DNA from: a virus
Lineage: Duplodnaviria > Caudoviricetes
DNA length: 62,796 nt
Reading direction: 5' to 3' (one strand)
IMG/VR virus record: IMGVR_UViG_3300012971_000022
Coordinates: 1 to 62,796 of that record
Position numbers and translations under genes: made by a program. This document shows positions 56,090 through 62,796 of the stretch, one piece after another; the first letter of the stretch is position 1; each line of letters begins with the position of its first letter. The notes under the pieces were generated by a model, which saw only the letters and a program-made list of their open reading frames with translations, was not told where the DNA came from and did no database searches.

Positions 56090-58251
56090 GGATACGCTAT
56101 GCCTTGAACGCAGACGCCTTGCGCTCCGTGGATCTGGAGGTAATCGACGTAGATAATCTCGTGGTAAGTCGCAGTGTTGTTGACGTGAATGGCTAACTGG
56201 GGAGAGCCTGCCCCACCGTCAACCGTGACGGTGTATGCTGGCTGTGGGCTGAACATACCGCAATGCAACTGCGTAAAGGTGGTCTGCCCAATCCACTCGT
56301 TACCGCCAGCATCAAAGTCCACCGCGTAGGTGCAGACCTTTTTGGCGTAGGAGTTCGCGTTGGTATCGTCCCACACCTCAATCGTCAGCAGCCCAGTCGA
56401 CGTAACGTTCCAATAGCCAGCGGGCGTCTGAAGAACTATCGCGCCAGTTCCCGCGTTCAAACCAAAAATCTGGTGACAGGTGGAGACAACGGGCATCTGC
56501 ACCTGACTCTGAAAGGGATTTGGGGTTACTAGTCCCGTTTTTAAGTAGTCATTTCCACCCGCTTGTCCACTGTTCAGATTAAATAAATTCCAGCCTCCCG
56601 CCCAAAAATGAATCGGTGCGGCAGCGCCGTTGCTGTCGATGTTCAAGCCGTTGGTTGCGTTGGTCAGAATGCGCACACTGTCTGGCTGATCTTCCGGTAT
56701 GTCAGGCACAAATGCGCTGTTGTACATAGTGAAAGCGGCATACTTAGCGGTGGCTTGGTCATCGTTGAGGTAGTAGGTCGAGGAGCCGGTGGTGGTTTTG
56801 TTCTGGATGCTCACGTTGGTGTAGGTCGAGGTTCCTGATGGAACCACCGCAACTAACGCCTGCCCCGCTGCACTCGGCGTGAATCCAACCCCGATGCCCT
56901 CAGTGGCGGGCATGGTCAGACCAGTATTGATGAACGTCGCTGTCTGCGTCGGGCTGTAAGTAGAGCCTGCCGTCAAGCCGGTATTGACGTAAATACTGAT
57001 ACCCGCATTAGCAGCGGTGTTCGGTGAGACGATTGATGCGCCAGTAGAATCTGCCATCCAGCCGGTCGCGGTGGCGTGAGCACCCGCCGCAAGTTGGACG
57101 TTGCCGCCCGCAGCGTTAAGTGAGCCAGAAGCCAGCTTGATCGCCGTACTTGCAGTGTTGTTCACCGTGACAGTCGAGGCCGCAACCACGTTGGGGCCGG
57201 TATTCGTCCACGTCGAACCGTCGGGGAAGGTCATGGTGCCAGTGAAGGTCGGTGACGCGGCGGGGTTCGCGCAAGTCGGAACTCCGCTGGTCGAAATCAC
57301 GTTCACATAGAGGCCCGCTCCGCACGTTCCGCCCGGAGTGATTCCTGCGATCTTGGTAACACTGATCGCGCCAGTCGCGGTGATGGTCGCATCTCCCGTC
57401 ATGGTGACAGGTCCGAACGCGGTGGCTGACTGAGCCACATCGATCTGTCCCGTCGTGGGTGCGGTGCTCGACCCACGTCCGCCGTTGGCGATGCTGAGCG
57501 GGATGCTGGCCGTGGCAAGCGTGAACGTCACGCCAGAACTCTTGGTCACCGTGATCACCCCGGCGTTGGTGATGGTCGCGTCTCCCGAGATGGTCTGCGG
57601 AGTGTAGGCCGTCGCCGACTGGGCAATGAGCATCTGCGCCGAAGTCGGAGCGGTGCCTGAGCCGTTCCCGCCCAGAGCGATGCTCAGCGGGACCGTTGCG
57701 GTCGCAATGGAGGTGAACGGCTGACCGGCGGTTTTGGTCACCGTGAGCACGCCCACGCTGGTCATCGTGGCATCGCCGCTCAAGGACTGCGGAGCGAATG
57801 CGGTCGGAGAGTTCGCAATCAGGATCTGCCCGCTGCTCGGAGCAACAGCGTTGGCGGTTCCTCCATTCGCCACCGAAAGCGGGATGCTGGCAGTCGCCAG
57901 CCCAGTGAAGGCAACTCCCGAAGTCTTGGTTACGGTGAGTGCGTAGTTACCCGCGCTGGGCCGCGTCAGCGTGGCGTCTCCTCCCAGCGTCTCAGCTTCT
58001 GAGTTGTTGGCCGATGCGTAGCCGGTCATCTGTGGCGTGGTGCCTGCCGGATAGCCGGTGCCGCTGGGAGGCACCGCGCAAGTGGGAACTCCGGTCGGAC
58101 TGCCGATGACGTTCACGAACTGGTTGGCGGGGCAGGAACCGCCGATGACGGTGCCTGCGGCGACCGAGCCGCCACCACCGGGAGTGACGATCTGCGCGGA
58201 GGCCCACGCGGGCCAGAGCAGGAGCAATACTATGAGACGCACGAGGCGCAT
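56086..58251 (-). CDS. Signal-peptide-bearing tail-fibre-like protein
   Basis: 19-aa signal ASA|Q; three ~60-aa repeats with GDAT.T..G...VTK and PLS.A.GG. Confidence 0.82.
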   Translation of the reverse strand: MRLVRLIVLLLLWPAWASAQIVTPGGGGSVAAGTVIGGSCPANQFVNVIGSPTGVPTCAVPPSGTGYPAGTTPQMTGYASANNSEAETLGGDATLTRPSAGNYALTVTKTSGVAFTGLATASIPLSVANGGTANAVAPSSGQILIANSPTAFAPQSLSGDATMTSVGVLTVTKTAGQPFTSIATATVPLSIALGGNGSGTAPTSAQMLIAQSATAYTPQTISGDATITNAGVITVTKSSGVTFTLATASIPLSIANGGRGSSTAPTTGQIDVAQSATAFGPVTMTGDATITATGAISVTKIAGITPGGTCGAGLYVNVISTSGVPTCANPAASPTFTGTMTFPDGSTWTNTGPNVVAASTVTVNNTASTAIKLASGSLNAAGGNVQLAAGAHATATGWMADSTGASIVSPNTAANAGISIYVNTGLTAGSTYSPTQTATFINTGLTMPATEGIGVGFTPSAAGQALVAVVPSGTSTYTNVSIQNKTTTGSSTYYLNDDQATAKYAAFTMYNSAFVPDIPEDQPDSVRILTNATNGLNIDSNGAAAPIHFWAGGWNLFNLNSGQAGGNDYLKTGLVTPNPFQSQVQMPVVSTCHQIFGLNAGTGAIVLQTPAGYWNVTSTGLLTIEVWDDTNANSYAKKVCTYAVDFDAGGNEWIGQTTFTQLHCGMFSPQPAYTVTVDGGAGSPQLAIHVNNTATYHEIIYVDYLQIHGAQGVCVQGIAYP

Positions 58252-60072
58252 CTAGTTCGTCACCCCCCAACCGCTACAAGACAATTCGCCCGCCGCCGCT
58301 ATGGCGGTGAGGGTGGAATTTCCCGGCGAATTGTTAGTACCGGAACCTGAGAGTTGAATGCCACCACTAGTCCCAATGGCCGGATTGACAAAACAATTTA
58401 GTATTGGCTGTAGTGAGGACAGAGTGATTCCATAAAAGCCCGACGGGTATCCCCGAGAAACCTGCGTCATCGTGACCGGAGGAGCGGAGATGTACACATC
58501 AGACACGCCGCCTGAACCAGCCGTGAAGGCAGTCCATTTGACATCCACAGTCCACCAGACGTTCGCGCCCACTCGCGTGTAGCGTCCGTATTGCGTGCTG
58601 TACGTCACCGTTGGGTCGGTCCCACTGATTCCCTTCAATGTGGGGGTAAACGCGGTAGGCGCGGTGTAATCGGAGAGATTGGCGTGCGCCAGCGACGTGG
58701 GCGCATAGGCGGTCGTACTCGTGGCGACCAGTGCCTGTCCCACCGTCGGCGCAGTCGCGGTGCCGGTCCCGCCAGAGGCGATCTCCAGCGGGCTGTTCAG
58801 ATGCAGACCGTTGGTCGCGAAGTAACCCTGAATCGCGTTGTTGATGAGAAATTGAATTTGCTGACTGGTATGTGCGGCTATGTGGATGCCCTGATCGCCC
58901 CACAGGACCGTACTGTTCGCCGTGTCGTCTGGTGCGTTGCCAGTCCATCCGGTGCCGTCAATCCAGAGCGCGCCCATGTTGCTCCCGTTATCCGCTCGAT
59001 ACCCGGCCTGTGCGCCAGTCCCAGAGCCGTGGTTCCAGACCAAAGGAGCCGTGATTCCGTTTCCGTCTCTGGTGATGGCAATTGGGTCAGTGGTTGCTGC
59101 CTGCCCGATTCCAATGGCTTTACTGTTGTTCAACCCTGCCGTGGTGTAGGTCGCGTTGTCAGGGAAGGTGAACTGGGTGGTAGCCTTGATGGTCCCATCG
59201 TTGATGCCGGTGTTTGACCAAGTCCCGCCATCCGGTCCGGTGAAGGTCGAACCAGCGTTCATGGTCAGACCTGTGCTCACCGTCCCGCTGGTCAGCGTGA
59301 GGATCGGAATAGTCACCGTGCCCGTAAAGGTCGGACTGGCGGTGGGCGCGTAGGTGGTGCAGACCATCTGGTAAGCGTTTGTGCCGGTCCTCGTGAACGA
59401 GCAACCGCCCGCACCGCCACTCACCGTCTCCGATTCAGCCGCACCCCCAGCCGTGTAACCGACCATTTGCGGCGCGGTACCGGCGGGAACGCCGCTAATG
59501 CTGGGTGTCGTACAAGTGGGAACACCCGAGGCCGAGATGGTCGAGACAAACTGCCCGCCGGAACAAACACCCCCGGGGGTAATCCCGTTTATTTTCGGGC
59601 AAGTGATGGCCCCTGCGCTGGTAATCGAACAATCGCCCGTCATCGTGGTCGCGCCGTAGGCACTGGTGGATTGGGCAATCATCACTTGCCCTGCCGTGGT
59701 CGGTGCCGTGGTGGTTCCGGTACCGCCCAGAGTGACGAGGACCGGAGAGGTGAGGCTCAAAGTGGTCGCAGTAGCGGTGAGGCCGGTCCCCGAGTTCAGA
59801 GTTGCGAGAGCGCCTACGGCAGTGCCGCCAATCTTGGTAATGGTCGCCGTGTAGGCGTTGGTCCCGGTGCGAGCGAAGGTGAAGTCACCTCCGACCGTTT
59901 CCGACTCGCCCGTGTTTGCCGCCGAATAACCGACCACTTGGGGCGGAGCGCCGGAAGGCAGGCTGGTCGTGCCCGTACCCGGGTTGGCCGGGGCAAGCAT
60001 CGGGCTCACGATCTGCGCGCGAGCGCTCCCGCAGAACAATAAGAAAAAAAGTACTAGCAGCGCTCCCGTCAT
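58252..60072 (-). CDS. Signal-peptide-bearing tail-fibre-like protein
   Basis: 19-aa signal ARA|Q; GGTG fibre motifs; FTPT...G.Y.RVG..V C-terminal fibre domain. Confidence 0.82.
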   Translation of the reverse strand: MTGALLVLFFLLFCGSARAQIVSPMLAPANPGTGTTSLPSGAPPQVVGYSAANTGESETVGGDFTFARTGTNAYTATITKIGGTAVGALATLNSGTGLTATATTLSLTSPVLVTLGGTGTTTAPTTAGQVMIAQSTSAYGATTMTGDCSITSAGAITCPKINGITPGGVCSGGQFVSTISASGVPTCTTPSISGVPAGTAPQMVGYTAGGAAESETVSGGAGGCSFTRTGTNAYQMVCTTYAPTASPTFTGTVTIPILTLTSGTVSTGLTMNAGSTFTGPDGGTWSNTGINDGTIKATTQFTFPDNATYTTAGLNNSKAIGIGQAATTDPIAITRDGNGITAPLVWNHGSGTGAQAGYRADNGSNMGALWIDGTGWTGNAPDDTANSTVLWGDQGIHIAAHTSQQIQFLINNAIQGYFATNGLHLNSPLEIASGGTGTATAPTVGQALVATSTTAYAPTSLAHANLSDYTAPTAFTPTLKGISGTDPTVTYSTQYGRYTRVGANVWWTVDVKWTAFTAGSGGVSDVYISAPPVTMTQVSRGYPSGFYGITLSSLQPILNCFVNPAIGTSGGIQLSGSGTNNSPGNSTLTAIAAAGELSCSGWGVTN

Positions 60073-60488
60073 TGCATCTGAGCGGAGAACCAGTTGTTGG
60101 CACCATCGGTGGTGAGCGCGGTGCAGGCTGCTGGGTTGGTGGAGATCTCGACCAGCAAGCCGCTATTCACGATTACGGGATGGCTGGTCCAATCGAACGA
60201 GGCAGTCCCATCCGCCTGATTACCCGCGCCTTGTATGAACTGGCACACGATGAGCGGGGTCGAGGCCGTGAACACTCCCTGTCCCGGCGCAGTCTGGGTA
60301 TCGAACACCATCAGCCATCGCGGGTTCTGCGTGTGCCACGTCACGCTGATGGCGGTGCATTTGTTGCCCGTGAACTGGTGCAACCCTTCGAGCGTGCCTG
60401 CGGTGGTGTGCTGGTTGCCGATGACATTCTGCGCCCGCGCACAAACCGGGATCAGGATGGCTATAAGGAGTATGAGAAGGGTCTTCAT
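60069..60488 (-). CDS. Secreted beta-sandwich-like protein
   Basis: 19-aa signal ARA|Q; WLMVFD...P...G...IST pattern. Confidence 0.75.
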   Translation of the reverse strand: MKTLLILLIAILIPVCARAQNVIGNQHTTAGTLEGLHQFTGNKCTAISVTWHTQNPRWLMVFDTQTAPGQGVFTASTPLIVCQFIQGAGNQADGTASFDWTSHPVIVNSGLLVEISTNPAACTALTTDGANNWFSAQMQ

Positions 60489-60985
60489 GGATGGACCGCG
60501 AGACAGGCGAGAGTGGCGAACGACGCCGCGACGGCGGTGGCTGCTACCGTGGTAACGGTGCAGGTATTCGCCGCTGACGCGGTTACGGTCCCCTCAACCG
60601 GGAATCCCACAGCCGTGCCCATGCCGTTGCAGATGCAATAAAAGCCGGTGTCGGCGAAGGCGGTCGGCAAAACTACCGCGCTGGTGCAGGTGGCTCCGAT
60701 CGAAGCAGCGGTAGTGCAGCCTGCCAGTGATGCAACCTGCATCTTGAGCGTGCCGGTTCCGACATTGGTGATGTTGTTCTCCGCGATGAAAGCCGTGCCA
60801 TTCCAGACGTACTGTGCGAAGCTGGTCAGGTCCGTGCACATCGCCCCTCTGACGGGGTTCGGGACCGGAGCGTAGGCCGCGCACCCGTACGCGAAGAACA
60901 GATAGTTCCCGATATTTACCGGAGCCTGCGCCCACGCGAGGCTCGGCGCGAGGCACAGGAGCAGCGCGATGAGTAGCTTTTTCAT
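60485..60985 (-). CDS. Secreted Cys-rich protein
   Basis: 19-aa signal AWA|Q; V.LP.AF.D..Y.C...C.AVH tip. Confidence 0.75.
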   Translation of the reverse strand: MKKLLIALLLCLAPSLAWAQAPVNIGNYLFFAYGCAAYAPVPNPVRGAMCTDLTSFAQYVWNGTAFIAENNITNVGTGTLKMQVASLAGCTTAASIGATCTSAVVLPTAFADTGFYCICNGMGTAVGFPVEGTVTASAANTCTVTTVAATAVAASFATLACLAVHP

Positions 60986-61473
60986 TCTTCAACCCTCCCG
61001 TGGGCCTTGAGAACGCCGGGAGCGGTGTGCAACCGGCAGGTGTCCGCCATCCAGAGCTTTATCGACGGGATGTAGGTCAGCATGATGTGCGCAGTTGGGT
61101 TAAGGTAATTGGGACTCTGGAAGAGCGAGATATTGCCCCCGCTCTGGAGGTAGAACCCGTCGTGGGAAACCAGCATCAATTGCCCCGCGAAATTGTAAGG
61201 CGGGGTGATATTGGTGATAGTCCCGGTGCCCGTGACCACATGCATAAACGAGGTGGGTACGAGCGGATCGACGGCGGGGAGATCATGTCCCTGCTGAGTG
61301 GCGCTGTGGTTAAGATTCTCCCGCAGCTGCATGAAGTACTGAACATCCATCTGCTGCTGGCGCTGCAGGTACTCGAAGATCCGGCCGATCGCCGAGCGCA
61401 CCTCCTCGAAGGTCCGGACCGGACCGAGCAGGGGCAGCATCGGCGGGGTATATTCCGGCGTCTGGTACGGCAT
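60982..61473 (-). CDS. Tail protein without signal peptide
   Basis: TAATG-coupled to the nozzle gene; helical N-terminus and beta C-terminus. Confidence 0.7.
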   Translation of the reverse strand: MPYQTPEYTPPMLPLLGPVRTFEEVRSAIGRIFEYLQRQQQMDVQYFMQLRENLNHSATQQGHDLPAVDPLVPTSFMHVVTGTGTITNITPPYNFAGQLMLVSHDGFYLQSGGNISLFQSPNYLNPTAHIMLTYIPSIKLWMADTCRLHTAPGVLKAHGRVEE

Positions 61474-62796
61474 TAACGCACTCCTGCGATGCGCCCTTCA
61501 TAGGCCATCGCTTGAATCTCACAGGGTCCGCTGGTCGAAATCTGGACTTGGTGGTAGCGGTCGGTCTGGCGGATGTTGTGCCAGCCGTCCGGCGCGAGAA
61601 TCCCGTTGGATTCGACCGTTGGGTAATCGCCCATCCGGTACGCATGCATGGGGGTGAGGGTCTGCGACGTGGGCATGTAACCCTGCGTGAAGGAGCACCG
61701 CACCTTCTGCAATTGCGTCAGGTTGTCCGCGTCTCCCTGATACCCGGTGAGCAGGTACATGGTGGTCGGTGCACCGGTCCACGACATCAGGTTGCCGTTG
61801 GTATCGAAGTAGAGTCCGGATTGCCTGCCCGGTTGGGTGTTCCACACCACCAATGGCGTGCTCAAGTAGCCCGGGACCCAGCGGCCGCTGCGTGAATTCC
61901 AAGCGACATAGCGATCCGGGGTGTTCGCGTACGGCGGGGTCTTGGAAACGTAATGCCAGTACACCGCGCCGGTCAGCGGGTCGTACCAGCTGGAGGTCAG
62001 GTTAAGCTGGTCCGGATTGCCGTTGGCATCGACGTGAACCTGCGTGAAGAACCACTCCTTGAGCGAGTTGGGAATCCGCTGCGGTGCCGACGCTTGGCAG
62101 ATGTAGAAATCATCCGTGCCCAAGAACGCCACCGCAGTCGGCATCTGGCACACGCAGCCCTGTCCCCACGTTCCGGTGTTGCCCGAGAGAATCTGGTTAT
62201 TCCAAGTGACCGTCGCGCTGCCGACGAAGTTCAGCATGAACATGGAGTTCTGCTTGAACAGGATCATGTTCCGGAACAACGCTGCGCTGGCGATGATATT
62301 GCCCGGAAAATCGTACAGGTAGCCGGTGCTCGCCTGCGTAGAAGGGATGCTGGCTCCTCCGACAGGTGCCCAGTTCAGGTCACTCCCGGCACCCGACGTC
62401 GTCCACGCGTTGTTTTGAAACCCGACCGCGAACCCGGCTACCGAGAGTACCGAAGGTGAGTTGGTCGGCGGTGTAGTAGCCCCGCTGACAGTGGCCGCAG
62501 GAAAATTCGCGAAGGTTCCGGTCGGACCGGTCGCCAACTGCATGTTGGAATTGCCCGCGCTGGTGGCTATGACATCTTCCGCAAATTGGGTCATGACCCA
62601 TGGCCATGTGGCCGTGTAGCCGCTGCCAATCTGGGTCCATGCACCGCTGACCAGCCGAAAGAGCCGCGTCGCAGTGCCGACGATGACCGAGGTGGTGCCG
62701 TCCTTGTAGAGCGGAACGTACGCGCCGAGCGGGACCTCTGTCTGGCCCGTCCCGGTGAGCGGCAGCGCGGGAGCTACCTGCACTGCAGAGTTGCGC
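61473..62796 (-). CDS. Tail nozzle/DNA-stabilization protein (3' part; begins at 134)
   Basis: Beta-propeller-like repeats W..TQF, D.PG.I, F..SD.FY-like, RYH at the C-terminus. Confidence 0.8.
   Translation of the reverse strand, partial: RNSAVQVAPALPLTGTGQTEVPLGAYVPLYKDGTTSVIVGTATRLFRLVSGAWTQIGSGYTATWPWVMTQFAEDVIATSAGNSNMQLATGPTGTFANFPAATVSGATTPPTNSPSVLSVAGFAVGFQNNAWTTSGAGSDLNWAPVGGASIPSTQASTGYLYDFPGNIIASAALFRNMILFKQNSMFMLNFVGSATVTWNNQILSGNTGTWGQGCVCQMPTAVAFLGTDDFYICQASAPQRIPNSLKEWFFTQVHVDANGNPDQLNLTSSWYDPLTGAVYWHYVSKTPPYANTPDRYVAWNSRSGRWVPGYLSTPLVVWNTQPGRQSGLYFDTNGNLMSWTGAPTTMYLLTGYQGDADNLTQLQKVRCSFTQGYMPTSQTLTPMHAYRMGDYPTVESNGILAPDGWHNIRQTDRYHQVQISTSGPCEIQAMAYEGRIAGVR

Larger units (their letters stand above)
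1..62796. mobile_element. Complete or near-complete circularly permuted podovirus-like phage genome
   Basis: Terminase, portal, scaffold, capsid, tail, lysis and replication genes are all present; the reading frame is continuous across the window ends; no host housekeeping genes seen. Confidence 0.93.

Overview
The window looks like a complete, circularly permuted, GC-rich dsDNA phage genome of about 62.8 kb. The tail gene cut at position 62796 continues in frame from positions 134 to 1. The virion genes are podovirus-like: terminase, P22-like portal, N4-gp56-like capsid, ejection proteins and tail nozzle. There is also a Prim-Pol/AAA primase-helicase, a Bet/Cas4-like exonuclease/RusA recombination module and a SleB-type endolysin. 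I found no integrase, DNA polymerase or tRNA. Minus-strand late genes run from about 27.7 kb down through the junction to 50.1 kb, and plus-strand early genes start at about 28.5 kb. The most striking feature is nine consecutive genes at the tail-fibre position (52.1-61.0 kb) that all encode Sec-type signal peptides. Eight of these are exactly 19 aa long and eight have Gln at the predicted +1 position, and the large products are Cys-rich fibre-like proteins. This suggests tail appendages that are exported and mature outside the cytoplasm. Other highlights: a four-copy covarying RNA hairpin between early genes, a prolyl-4-hydroxylase next to polyproline proteins, a PurD-like ATP-grasp ligase inside the head module, an ADP-ribosyltransferase domain among the ejection proteins, and a structured capsid leader. 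All family calls come from motif recognition by eye; no searches were run.
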